Both the position numbers and the translations under genes were made by a program. From contig JAWMAR010000094.1 of NCBI GenBank assembly GCA_036785375.1, positions 6,696,001 through 6,760,000 of the forward strand: a stretch of DNA of 64,000 bases. Reading direction: 5' to 3'. The first letter of the stretch is position 1. Every line of letters begins with the position of its first letter. The notes beneath the pieces were generated by a model, which was given only the letters and a program-made list of their open reading frames with translations, was not told where the DNA came from and did not search any database. This stretch comes from Leucoraja ocellata (taxonomy: Eukaryota). Positions 1-12,201 of this stretch are shown piece by piece.

Positions 1-1180
1 CGAAACCCTTCTTCAGACTGATCGGGGGTGGGGGTGGGTGGGGACAAGAAAGGGAAAAGGAGGAGTAGCCAGAAGGCTGGAGGGTGGGAGGAGACAGCAG
101 GGGAGCTGAGGAAGGGGAGGAGACAGCAAGGACTAACAGAATTGGGAGAATTCGATGTTCATGCCCCGGGGGTGTAGACTCCCCAAACGGAATATGAGGT
201 GCTGTTCCTCCAATTTCCGGTGCTGCTCGCTGTGGCCATGGAGGAGACCCAGGACAGAGAGGTCGGAGGCGGAGTGGGAGGGGGATTTGAAGTGCTGAGC
301 CACCGGGAGGTCAGCTTGGTTATTGCGGACCGAGCGGAGGTGTTCGGCGAAACGATCGCCCAACCTCCGCTTGGTCTCACCGATATAGATCTGCTGGCAT
401 CTAGAGCAGCGGACGCAATAGATGAGGTTGGAAGAGATGCAGGTAAACCTCTGTCGCACCTGGAACGACTGCTTGGGTCCTTGAACGGAGTCGAGGGGGG
501 AGGCAAAGGGACAAGTGTTGCATCTCCTGCGGCCGCAAGGGAAAGTGCCCGGGGAGGGGGTGGACCGAGAGGGAAGGGAAGAATTGACAAGGGAGTTATG
601 GAGGGAGCGGTCTTTGCGGAAGGCAGATATGGGGGGAGATGGGAAGATGTGGCGAGTAGTGGGGTCACGTTGGAGGTGGCGAAACTGACGGAGGATTATT
701 TTTTGTATGTGACGGCTGGTGGGGTGAAAGGTGAGGACTAGGGGGACTCGGCCCTTGTTGCGAGTGCGGGGATGGGGAGAAAGAGCAGTGTTGCGGGGTA
801 TGGAAGAGACCCTGGTGCGAGCCTCATTTATGGTGGAGGAGGGGAACCCCCGTTCCCTGAATAGTGAGGACATTTCAGATGTCCTGGTGTGGAACGCCTC
901 ATCCGTGGAGCAGATGCGGCGTAGACGGAGGAATTGGGAGTAGGGGATGGAGTCCTTACAGGAAGCAGGGTGGGAAGAAGTGTAGTCCAGATAGCCATGG
1001 GAGTCAGTGGGTTTATAGTGTATGTCGGTTAGAAGTCTATCACCTGCAATGGAGATAGTGAGGTCAAGGAATGGTAGGGAAGTGTCGGAAATGGTCCAGG
1101 TGTATTTCAGTGCCGGATGGAAATTAGTGGTGAAGTGGATGAAGTCAGTCAGTTGTGTGCGGGTGCAGGAGGTGGCACCA
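1..1180 (-). mobile_element. Penelope-like retroelement, 5'-truncated (RT C-terminus + GIY-YIG endonuclease) with start of pseudo-LTR
   Basis: ORF 133..1245(-) contains LPFLDL..YKPTDSHGYLDYTSSHP (PLE RT thumb) and CxxC..IYIGETKRRLGDRFAEH (GIY-YIG). Terminal repeat motif ctgaagaagggtttcg lies at 1-16(-). Confidence 0.9.
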
Positions 1181-2550
1181 AAGCTTCCGTCCATGGCCCG
1201 TGCCCGTGAACATGGTGACCGCCCGTGACCTAGACCTGACGTCACGTCACCTAGACAACAGCGATATCAACTCAGTCGGCGCCGAGGTGATGTCCAGCGG
1301 CTCAACAGTAAATATGAAGCGGAAGCAACAAACTACCCTTAGCCATTTAAAAAACAAAACAAGCCTGCTGCTGCCTCGGACGACACTCCAGCAGTCACTA
1401 GGACGTTAGATGCAGAAGAGGGAACCACAGCGGAGCCTGATGCCAGCAGTGTATCGGGTAAGTGAAAGTCGTATACAAGTGAACTTTAGTAGATATTAGA
1501 CTACAAGCTACTAGCTTATAAGAGATTTCCCAAACTGAATGAATACCACACATATATTCACTAAACGGCCTTGCTAGCTCAATCTTGTTGCAGTAAAGTA
1601 GTAAATAACGTCGTTATTACACATTTTACTGTGAGACTGTGAGTGTGTGTGTGCTGAATATCTCCTTGTTCCTTCTAGATGATAACTCCTGGCCAGCCCT
1701 ATGGACTGAGAGTCAGGCTAGGGAGTTTAAAAGCAGGCATTCTTGGTTAGAATGGAAGGACAGAAAGTTAGGTAAATATCAGCCAACTTGTAAAGCTGGT
1801 ATAAACACATGAAGTCAACTTTATGCAAATGAGAGTATAGCTGGTTTATTTTCATCTTAAAGATACATTAATTTCACTTTTATACAATTAAATTATAATG
1901 ATATTGTCACAGTGAAGCTTATTTACAGTTCATTCAATTTTGAATAGATTCTTATCCAGTTCAGAAGGTGTTATTGCTAATATAGATTCAAAAAAGACTA
2001 CTTGTATGATGTTAATTAGTCATGATTTTGTTTACTTCCAGGTTGTGCTATTTGCAGCTCAACAAAATCTACTGGCGTCTTAACAGAGAAAAGAATTTCC
2101 ATATCTGAGGAGTGGGCGATGTTTAAGATCCAGTCATCAGGCTCAAGCAGACTAACAGCCCTGGCCTCCTTGAGAAACAAGATCAGACGGCATGAGATGT
2201 CCAGGGCACATGAAATAGCTCAGGAGCTCACTGAAAAGGGTGGACAGGATTTACTTGGGAATCTAGTGAGAGCTGTGTCAGACACTGTGTTAACTGAGAC
2301 AAATGCTGCATTCAGAACAGCATATTATCTTGCCAAGATGAACTGACCTTTCTCTGACCATGACGATCTCATTGAGCTTCAGGAAAAAAACGGTGTCAAC
2401 ATGGGCACAAGTCTGCACTCAAGGTTCAGTTCAACAAAAATTGTGGAACACATAGCAAAAAAGATGCAGACAAAAATAGTTGACAGCATTGTGTCATCTT
2501 CAAGCAAGCTGTCTGTTCTCATTGATGAGGCAACTTCTCTCAGCCATAAA

Positions 2551-3087
2551 GTCAAGTCAAGTCAAGTCAAGTCAAGTTTATTTGTCACATACACATACGA
2601 GATGTGCAGTGAAATGAAAGTGGCAATGCTCGCGGACTTTTGTGCAAAAGACAAACAACAAAACAACCAAACAAATTATAAACACAATCATAACACACAT
2701 ATTCTTTTACATAATAAATAATGGAAGGAAAAACGTTCTGTAGAGTTAGTCCCTGGTGAGATAGGCGTTTACAGTCCGAATTGCCTGGGAACTGGGAAGA
2801 AACTCCTTCTCAACCTCTCCGTTCTCACCGCATGGCAACGGAGGCGTTTGCCTGACCGTAGCAGCTGGAACAGTCCGGTGCAGGGCTGGAAGGGGTCTCT
2901 CATGATTTTGTTTGCTCTGGAGTTGTACCTCCTGTTGTATAGTTCCTGCAGAGGGGTGAGTGAAGTTCCCATAGTTCGTTCGGCCGAACGCACTACTCTC
3001 AGCAGAGCCTTCTTGTCCTTGGCAGAGCAATTCCCAAACCAGATGGTAATGTTCCCGGACAAGATGCTTTCCACCGCCGCTGCGTAG
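2551..3087 (-). mobile_element. Rex1/Babar-type LINE 3' fragment inserted in the hAT
   Basis: ORF ESILSGNITIWFGNCS...RTERLRRSFFP; (CTTGA)n tail at 2551-2576. Absent from the second hAT copy at the equivalent site (~63462). Confidence 0.85.
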
Positions 3088-4115
3088 ATCAGCCATAATT
3101 GTCAATGTGAAGGCCTCTTTAGATGGAGCTACTCCTGAATTTGTTTTTTTTGGACCTGGTGGAGCTGGAAAGCCAGAGGGCAGAGTCTATAGAGGAAGCT
3201 CTATTAAACTGTTTGGACACTGCAGGCTTTAGTGAAGAGTGGCTTCAAAACAACTGGATCTCATTTGTTTCTGATGGAGTCAGTGTTATGTTAGGCAAAA
3301 GCTCTGGTGTGGCAACCAGGCTGACTACAAGGTACCCTAACCTCTTCACATGACACTGTATGGACCACCGTCTAGAACTGGCTGTAAATGATGCTGTGGA
3401 TGAGGTTCAGGCAGTCAACCACTTCAAAGTTTTCATGGACAAACTCCACAATCTCTACAGTCAGTCCAATAAAAATTCACGGGAACTTATGGAAGCAGCA
3501 CAAGAAGTGGGCTCACAAGTCCTGAAGATTGGCAGAGTTTTAAACACCCGATGGGTTGCCAGCAGTTTCTGTTCTGTAAAGGCTGTGTGGAGGTCATACG
3601 AAGCACTTAACAGACACTTTGAGAATGCTGCAGGAGACCAAACAAGAAACGGCAAAGAGAGACAAACCTACAGAGGCCTGGCACGTCATATGCAAAGCAA
3701 GGAATTTCTTTGTGACCTTGGACTCATGTATGATGCACTATCGGAACTTTCAAACCTGTCCCAGCAATTACAGGCCCATTCAATCACACTTTTAAGAGCA
3801 GAACAGCTGCTGAAGCGCACCATCCGAGTGCTGGCATCATTTAAAGATTCTCCAGGAGAGAAATTGGAGGAAGCATTGAAAGCACAGGCTTTGGGACAGT
3901 TTGGATCAGTGTCCCTGGAGTCAAATGCTAAGCTCATGCCGATCAATACAAAGCAGTTCCTACAAAGTCTGATCAACAACATGGAGAAGCGGCTCTCATT
4001 TAAGGATGAAATTCGTCATGATCTCAGAATTCTGGATTCAAGCACCTGGCCATCAACACCTGGCATACGGCACGGTGAGTCACAGGTAAAACCACTGTGC
4101 AGGCGATTCAATCTT

Positions 4116-4878
4116 AACCATATAACCATATAACAATTACAGCACAGAAACAGGCCATCTCAGCCCTACAAGTCCGTGCCAAACAATTTTTTTCCCCCTT
4201 AGTCCTACCTGCCTGCACTCATACCATAACCCTCCATTCCCTTCTCATCCATATGCCTATCCAATTTATTTTTAAATGATACCAATGAACCTGCCACCAC
4301 CACTTCCACTGGAAGTTCATTCCACACCGCTACCACTCTCTGAGTAAAGAAGTTCCCCCTCATATTACCCCTAAACTTCTGTCCCTTAATTCTGAAGTCA
4401 TGTCCTCTTGTTTGAATCTTCCCTGTTCTCAAAGGGAAAAGCTTGTCCACATCAACTCTGTCTATCCGTCTCATCATTTTAAAGACCTCTATCAGGTCCC
4501 CCCTTAACCTTCTGCGCTCCAGAGAATAAAGACCTAACTTATTCTCTGTACTCTCTCTATTTTGTTGACATCCTTCCTATAATTGGGCGACCAAAATTGT
4601 ACACCATACTCCAGATTTGGTCTCACCAATGCCTTGTACAATTTTAACATTACATCCCAGCTTCTATACTCAATGCTCTGATTTATAAAGGCTAGCATAC
4701 CAAAAGCTTTCTTTACCACCCTATCTATATGAGATTCCACCTTCAAGGAACTATGCACGGTTATACCCTGATCCCTCTGTTCAACTGTATTCTTCAATTC
4801 CATACCATTTACCATGTACGTCCTATTTTGATTTGTCCTGCCAAGGTGGAGCACCTCACATTTATCAGCATTAAACTT
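4116..4878 (-). mobile_element. CR1 LINE 3' fragment (family with (TTATATGG)n tail)
   Basis: FNADKCEVLHLG...YKALVRPNLEYGVQFWSP...FFTQRVVAVWNELP; tail ccatataa repeats. Confidence 0.9.
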
Positions 4879-6166
4879 TGTCAAGAACAAGCTGTCAATG
4901 GAATGAGAGATTTCATCGAGCACCCAGAGAGTGAACCTGAATGCCTCAAACCACTCATCCACTGCATGCAGACCATCCCTTGCAGCACTGCAGAGTGTGA
5001 AAGGGACTTCAGTCTGATGAATATTGTGTACACAGACCAAAGATCTAGAATGTTGTTGTCTAGTGTCAGCAATTTGATGATGATCAGCATCAATGGGCCC
5101 CCTGTAAGCCTTTTTGAGCCAAGCAAATATGTATCAACATGGTCACGAAGCCATTGCTCTGCCACGCAAGCAAGAAGGCAGAGCACACCTCAGATGCCTG
5201 AGTACAAGCAAATTTGGAAAGTTTTGTAAACTAGCAGGCTACTACATTTAAAGTGAAAAACAATTGTTGACAAAATCCCTTTTAGTGGAATACAAACACT
5301 TTTCTATACCTGCTACAGTAGCAAGTATGGAAAAGTGTTTGTATTCCACTAAATATCCCTCATGTAACTGTGTATTCCCCTTTGTTTGTTACTTTTTTAC
5401 AATGAAGGGATTGTGGTGTTTGTTTTATTTTACGGGTCATGCGCCCTCCGCTGGTCGTTTTTGCGGATGTACTGTTTTTCTTCTCTGTTAAACACTGAAC
5501 ACATGTTATTTGCATAGGACTTACTGTGATTGAAAACGTGTATTTTGTGATGCTGTGTGATTGCTGTATTAAGTATGAGTGTGAGACGTCTTAGAACAGT
5601 TGCTGATATGTTTTATTTATTTTAATTTATTATTTAAGCATTTTTGTATGGGAAACATAATTCTAAAGAACATGTTTTTATTTTGTATTTTTGCATTTAT
5701 TGTTTCTTAGATAGGGTATTTTATTTTATCGAGTTGTAATTGTTTCTGACAAATGACTAACTCTGTTTTTTCTTGTCTCAAAACTCTAAACAGAGCATGC
5801 AGCAGCAGCAGCAATAAATGTCCTGTGCAAAAGACTCAAGTATCCCATCGTCTCCTTAGCACATTAGTACTGAGGCCAGGCCGGTTACATATACAGTAGT
5901 ACAGTGTTTATATAGCCAACAGTTACTTATTTATTGATGCTTTATAGTTTATTTGATGCTAGTGCCTAATGGTGATTTTAATTTGACTGTTTATTGTCCT
6001 AGAAACTGATGACAATATCGAGTGTTGAATAATCTCAATTACTTATGGTGGTTGTAGGCTACTGTATGTGACAGTGAGTGTGGCGGTGTTTATAGGACGG
6101 GTGTGGAAGAGGCTAGGAGGGAATCATCACAGTATACCCACTACAAAAAACTAGACTACACCATTG

Positions 6167-6211
6167 CTGTGTCTGTGTGTGTGTGTATCCCTATGTGTGT
6201 GTCTGTGTCTC

Positions 6212-6248
<37 letters not shown>

Positions 6249-6374
6249 CTCCCTGTGTGTGTGTGTATATCTCCCTGTGTGTGTCTGTCTGTCTCCCTGT
6301 GTGTGTGTGTGTGTGTGTGTATCTGTCTCCTTGTGTGTGTGTGTGTATATCCCTGTGTGTGTGTGTGTATCTCC

Positions 6375-6409
<35 letters not shown>

Positions 6410-6705
6410 TGTCTCCCTGTGTGTGTGTGTATCTCCGTGTGTGTGTGTCTGTTTCCCTGTGTGTGTGTGTGTCTCNNNNNNNNNNNNNNNNNNNNNNNNN
6501 NNNNNNNNNNNNNNNNNNNNNNNNNNNNNNNNNNNNNNNNNNNNNNNNNNNNNNNNNNNNNNNNNNNNNNNNNNNNNNNNNNNNNNNNNNNNNNNNNNNN
6601 NNNNNNNNNNNNNNNNNNNNNNNNNNNNNNNNNNNNNNNNGTGTGTGTGTGTTTGTCTCCCTGTGTGTGAATGTGTCTTCCTTTGTGTATGTGTCTCCCT
6701 GTGCA
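6167..6705. repeat. Compound (GT)n microsatellite spanning an assembly gap
   Basis: (gt)n tracts interspersed with tctccct; N-run 6476-6640. Confidence 0.95.
6476..6640. other. Assembly gap (N-run)
   Basis: 165 N. Confidence 1.
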
Positions 6706-6730
6706 TCTGTTGTCACATCCTGGCCTTAGA

Positions 6731-8054
6731 CAGGGCTGCCAACTCTCACGCTTTGAGCATGAGAGTCACGCATTTCAGCCAATTCTCACGCTGATGACAG
6801 AATTCTCACGCTGTCTTCAGTCCCTGCACAGTTTGTCTTTTTGCGCCATATCACAACGATCTGTGCGGTCTGGGGACGCGCGTCAGTTGGCGGCTGTGAG
6901 TGACGTTGCATCTCTTCTCTTCTCTTCTTTCTTGGTTGGATGTGCAGCCGCTGACAACATGAAGCAGCCGGAGATAAAACTAACCAGGTGAATCAGTTGT
7001 AAAACATAGGGAGGACCACAATGGGGCCAAACATCTAGGACAGGGTTCGGCATCCTACTGCACACGGGCTGAATCCGGCCCATAACCCAAAAAAACAAGT
7101 TTTTTTTCAGTTTGTTTTCGCAGGGTCGGGGCAGGCGAGCCGACCTGAGAATGGCAGCCAGTTCCTGGGACGCGAGCTGATCTGGGAACGGCAGCCAGTC
7201 CTTGGGCACACAGAATGCCAACTTGATCATTATGGACAAATTGGGCCAGCCACGTACATGTTGTATAACTCTGACTCTATGAAGATCTGAATGGGCTTAG
7301 AATGACCATTTAAGCAAAATAAACTTTCCCCATTTTGATTCTTGAGATTAATATCCCTTTACAGCGTTAAAGTACTTATGAGGTCGAGTCAGGAAAGTGA
7401 ACATGTTATTTCTTTTTAGTTTGCTTTAATTTGTTAGTTGATTATTTGTTGAGTGCCATCATTTCTGAAATGGTCTTAAAGTAACTTAACTGTTATAAAG
7501 CAGTAATTGGAACTTGCATAAATTGTTTGCATTATTAGCAAGACTGCCAACTCTCACGCATTGAGCGTGAGACTCACGCATTTCACAAAATTCTCATGCT
7601 CTCACGCTGATCACAAAATTTCTCACGCTCAAATATCTGCGGGTGCTGAAAGTTCAAAATAAAGCAAAAATTGTTTTACTGGTGAGTAAAAACCATGAGG
7701 GGAATATCAGGTGAATGCATAGTCTTTTTCCCAGGATATGTGATTAAAGCACTAGAGGGGATTGGTTTAAAGCAGGGCTATCAAACTACCAGCACCAACC
7801 CCCTCCCCCTTCCTCCCTGAGTCACGGCACACACCTCCCACCCTCACCTCCGGCGACTCTATGTCCGTCGACCGCTCTGTCCACACTCCATGGAGTTTTA
7901 ACCCCGGCCCGGAGCCAGGAGTGGACCGGGTGAGTGCCGCCTTCGGAGCCTACTATGGGAGTGGGAACACCCCCTCCCACACCCTCCCCCCCTCGGTCAC
8001 TACGCTCCTTCGCAATTTCTCACTCTCAACGCTCACCCAATGTTGGCAGCCCTG
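6731..8054. mobile_element. Non-autonomous hAT-like element (13-bp TIR)
   Basis: CAGGGCTGCCAAC at 6731 and GTTGGCAGCCCTG at 8042-8054; subterminal ctcacgc repeats; no matching TSD found. Confidence 0.55.
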
Positions 8055-8647
8055 GTTTTATTGCATAAAGTGCAAGTGAAATGAATTTGCCAGCAGCGGT
8101 ACAATGAAAAAGAACACACAAAAGCACAATAAAAATATAATATAAACATCCACCACAGCTTTCATCACTGTGGTGGAAGGCACAACATTTGGCCAGTCCT
8201 CCTCCATTTTCCCCCGTGATCTGGACCTCAACCCCCCGCAGCCGTCGCTGCAGGCGTCCAGATGAGTAGACAAGTTGAAAAGTCCAGATAAATCCTGAAT
8301 CGGTGCCTCCCACCCAAAGACCGTGGCTTCAGGTTGTTGTAGACCGCAGGCTGGCGGTCGAAGACTAAAAGTTCCCGCCGCGCCGCAGCCAGAAGCGCTG
8401 CAGACTGCAGGGCCGGCGGTCGGAGCTCTTCTCCAACGGTCCCTGGCGAGGGACCCCGCTCACGGTGGCAACCCACACCACCCCCCCACACCACCCCCCC
8501 ACACCACCCCCTACACACCACCCCCCACACCACCCCCCACACAAGACACACAGAGAAATATTAAAAACATACATTAAAAAACACAAAAAAAGTAGAAAAA
8601 ATTAACACATTGCTGGCAGGGCTGCCAACCTTGCAACGCCCCCACCG
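8055..8647 (-). mobile_element. Non-coding retroposon with Rex-type 3' end
   Basis: 3' end (gtggtggatgtttat...ggcaaattcatttcacttgcac...aataaa on the - strand) resembles the element at 36975-37645. Confidence 0.45.
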
Positions 8648-9680
8648 AGGATGTTAGGAGGTTGCAGGGTGACCTGGACAGGTTGAGTGAGTGGGCAGAT
8701 GCGTGGCAGATGCAGTATAATGCAGATAAATGTCAGGTTATCCACTTTGGTGGAAAAAACAAGGGAGGGGGTTAGGTTATGTAAGGGGGAGGTGCAGCGA
8801 GACCTGGGCGTCCTTGTACACCAGTCACGGAAAGTTGGCTTACAGGTACAGCAGGCAGTGAAGAAAGCTAATGGAATGTTGGCCTTCATAACAAGAGTAT
8901 TTCAGTATAGGAGTAAAGAGGTTCTTCTGCAGTTGTATAGGGCTCTGGTGAGACCACATCTGGAGTATTGTGCAGTGGAGAGATAAGTTTTTTTGGCCTT
9001 CCATCACAGCAATGTGATGGATGTTTATGTAAAATGTAAATTGTGTTGTGTCTGAGGTCTATTTGTTTGTAATGTATGGCTGCAGAAACGGCATTTCGTT
9101 TGGAACTCAAGGGGTCCAAATGACAATTAAATTGTATTGTATTGTATTGTGTACAGTTTTGGTCTCCTAATTTGAGGAAGGACATCCTTGTGATTGAGGC
9201 AGTGCAGCGTAGGTTCACGAGATTAATCCCTGTGATAGCGGGACTGTCATATGAGGAAAGATTGAAAAGACTAGGCTTGTATTCACTGGAGTTTAGAAGG
9301 ATGAGGGGGAATCTTATAGAAACATATAAAATTATGAAAGGACTGGACAAGCTAGATGTAGGAAAATATTCCCAATGTTGGGCAAGTCCAGAACCAGGGG
9401 CCACAGTCTTAGAATAAAGGGGAGGTCATTTAAGACTGAGGTGAGAAAAAACATTTTCACCCAGACAGTTGTGAATTTATGGAATGCCCTGTCACACAGG
9501 GCAGTGGAGGCCAAATCACTGGATGGATTTAAGAGAGAGTTAGATAGAGCTCTACGGGCTAGTGGAGTCAAGGGATATGGGGAGAAGGCAGGCACGGGTT
9601 ATTGATAGGGGATGATCAGCCATGAATAGCGGTGGTGGTTCGAAGGGCCGAATGGCCTCCTCCTGCACCTATTTTCTATG
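8648..9680 (+). mobile_element. CR1 LINE 3' part (family with (TTTCTATG)n tail), with short retroposon insertion at 8978-9143
   Basis: LYRALVRPHLEYC, QFWSPNLRKD, NIFTQTVVNLWNAL; the insertion ends in (ATTGT)n. Confidence 0.9.
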
Positions 9681-10269
9681 CCACAATGGTCACTGAGTCT
9701 CCGCTTGGTCTCACCAAAATACAGGGGCAGATGTAGTTCTCAGCAACTAACCACATGGTGCCTGGTTGCTTACCATAGTGTACCAGTTTCAGAGATAAAG
9801 ACCAGGAGTCAGGCAGGGTTCAGTCAGCCACTCTCCCCTGTCTTATTCAGTTGCAGTAAAGAAACCTCTGTTAAATCCATCAGGAAATATGCGAACAGAA
9901 GAGGGGTGGCATTGCCAGGCAGTAGAGGCACTCAGATCAAAGATTCCCTGCCCATGGATGGTGTCACCATCTTCTGCTCGGATCCACAGTTGGCCCACAC
10001 TTTGGTCAGCATCTGTGACCTGTTGACATTGGGAGCCGGAATAAACTGTTAGAAGAACGAGACTCTACTCTTCGGCATCTGGGCCGACTGATCTTCCGTC
10101 CCTTCACCATTAGGTGTGACTACCTGAAGGTGCTGGGAATCAGGTTCAGAGGAGCTGAGACAAGCAACAAGAATTGGCTGCAATAGATAGCCAAGGGCAA
10201 ACAAAAATTGAAAATGTAATAATCAGAATAAAATGGGTTATTGGGTGTGAGCTGCTCTCTGGACTGCTG

Positions 10270-10640
10270 TACTTAGAGGCATACAGCATGGGAACAGGCC
10301 CTTCTGCCCAACTTGCCCATGTTAACCAAGACGCCCCATCTACACGAGGCCAACTTGCCTGCCTTTGGCTGAATATCACTCAAATTCATTCCTATCCACG
10401 TGCCTGTACAAATGTCTTTTAAATGTTATCATACCTGCCTCTGTGAAAAAGTTGCCCCACGGGTTCCCATCAAATGTTTCCAATCTCACATTAAACTTAT
10501 GTCCTTTGGTTCTCGATTCTCTAATCTGGGTAAAAGACTATATGCCGTCACCCTATCTATCCACGTCATGATTTTATACACTTCTATAAGATCATCCCTC
10601 AGCCTCTTGTGTTCTAAGGAATGAAGTCCTAGCCTGTCCT
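10270..10640 (-). mobile_element. Old CR1 3' fragment
   Basis: Similar to the 3' UTR and ORF2 end of other CR1 copies in the window. Confidence 0.6.
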
Positions 10641-11062
10641 CCCCATCTTCGGGTTTTCTGGCACCTCACTCAAGTCCAATGATGATTCATTTTTCTCAGC
10701 AAGGCCTCCCACAATTTATTCTGTAGGTTTCCGCTGTGTCCTTGGATATATCTGATCAGCAAGTCTCGAAATTAACCGATGTCCTGGAGCCAATGGCCAC
10801 CTAAAGTCCAGCCGGGCAACCTAAAAGCAGAGTCATTTTGCCTGGCTTGGCAAGCGAAGGAATGCTGGGCTGATGTGGACAGTGGACGATTTTTTTCAGT
10901 GACTGTGGAGCATCAGTGATGGTTTTAAAGGGCGTCAGTCACTGATGCTCCGCAGTCGCTGAAAAAATTGCAAAGTGGGACAGGCTCTTTAAGGGAACAA
11001 CAGCAACAGAACAATTTGCAGCTGTGTCGAGCGCCTGAGCCGCTAATTCCCTTCTTCCTTCA

Positions 11063-11712
11063 GGATTCAGTGAAAGTAGACTGAACTCCTCTTTCCCCTC
11101 CAGCCCCCCCCCCCCCCCCCGCCTCCGCCTCCATCCCTGCTTCTCCACTCCCCCCTTACCCTTCTTCCCTTCCCCTCTGCCACCCTTCTTCCCTTCCCCC
11201 CTATTCCCGCTCCACTCTTCTTCCCCCTCTCCACCCCCCCACCCCCACTACCCTCACATCCCCTTCTCCAACCCCCCCCCCCCCCCACCACTTTCCCCGA
11301 TGACCTCATTTGTGGACCCAGCCTGTGGCAAGCGATCCCCCGCACACTATCCCACACACACTAGGGACAATTTATACAAACCTTATAAAATCCAAACGGG
11401 AGGTGCACATCTCTGACCTAATTCTAGGTTGATGGGCTTGGTATTTATAAATTATCCCTAGCGTGTGTGGGATAGTGTGCGGGTTGGTGCGGAAAATGGG
11501 AGGAGGGAGAGGGTGAGAAGGGGATGTGAGGGGAGGGTCGAAGTGGAGAAGGGAGAGAACAGTGGAGCGGGGAGGAGGAAGAGGGGGGAAGGGAAGAAGG
11601 GGAGAGGAGAAGGGAGAATGGTGGGGGGGAGTGGAGAAGGAGGGATGGAGGCGGGAGGGAGGAAGAGGGGGGTGGAGGGGAGAGAGGAGTTCAGTCTACA
11701 CTCACTGAATCC
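11063..11712. repeat. Long imperfect inverted repeat (foldback), arms about 11063-11383 and 11441-11712
   Basis: ggattcagtgaaagtagactgaactcctct... versus ...agaggagttcagtctacactcactgaatcc; inner cgcacactatcccacacacactaggga versus tccctagcgtgtgtgggatagtgtgcg. Confidence 0.85.
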
Positions 11713-12201
11713 ATCCCTGTGAATAGTTAGAGACAGTGATTTGGATCTGGAAGCGACCAATACAAAGTAAAACTGAACGATTCAGACGTCTTTTCATTTA
11801 CACAATTGACTTTATTGTATTAATTTTAATATATTAATGTTTAAAATCCATGCATTGAAGGAAGAATATTTTACAGCCCATCTGTAGTCCGTAACCCCCA
11901 ACCCTAAACCTAACCCTAACCGGGTGTCACTCGCAGGACAGTATACGCCAGCGTGTGACCGGGTGCACGACATGATGAGACACCCTAATGTCGCCCCTGG
12001 ATTTTGAACCTTTTGAACGTCACTACATGCGTCACCATGCGTCACCACCCGACCACGACGCCACAACCTCTTTTCAGGCTGTTGCCGAAAATATCGCCCA
12101 AGTGGGAAAGGCCCTTAAATCCCTCATCCCACGGGAGGGGCAGAGAAACTGCAAAGCCACCTGCCTGCGTTTGGTCCATGTCCCTACAAACCTGATCTAT
12201 C

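Larger units (their letters stand above)
1314..5229 (+). pseudogene. Spliced hAT transposase pseudogene (exons about 1314-1457, 1679-1771, 2042-5229)
   Basis: GT-AG introns 1458-1678 and 1772-2041 are both phase 1. Splicing gives ...WPALW...HSWLEWKDRKLG|CAIC...H..S..H (TTF-type zinc finger). Stops at 2344-2346 and 3351-3353; +1 frameshift in the T-run 3144-3151. Confidence 0.75.
1181..6166 (+). mobile_element. hAT DNA transposon, KIAA1586/ZNF862-like, copy 1 (defective, interrupted by two LINEs)
   Basis: Transposase fragments LSVLIDEAT, FVSDGVSVMLG, HCMDHRLELAV, TRW and dimerization motif IPCSTAECERDFSLMN (4980-5020). Right end gactacaccattg at 6154-6166 is TIR-like (CAGTGGTGTAGTC type). Left end is truncated by the Penelope element. 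Confidence 0.85.

Noticed and set aside
6103-6794. Val/Cys and His/Thr repeat ORFs
   Set aside because: These are translations of a (GT)n microsatellite and an N gap.
11893-11921. Telomere-like (CCCTAA)n (also 49143-49159)
   Set aside because: Only 2-4 degenerate units are present, which is common inside fish repeats and is not evidence of an interstitial telomere.
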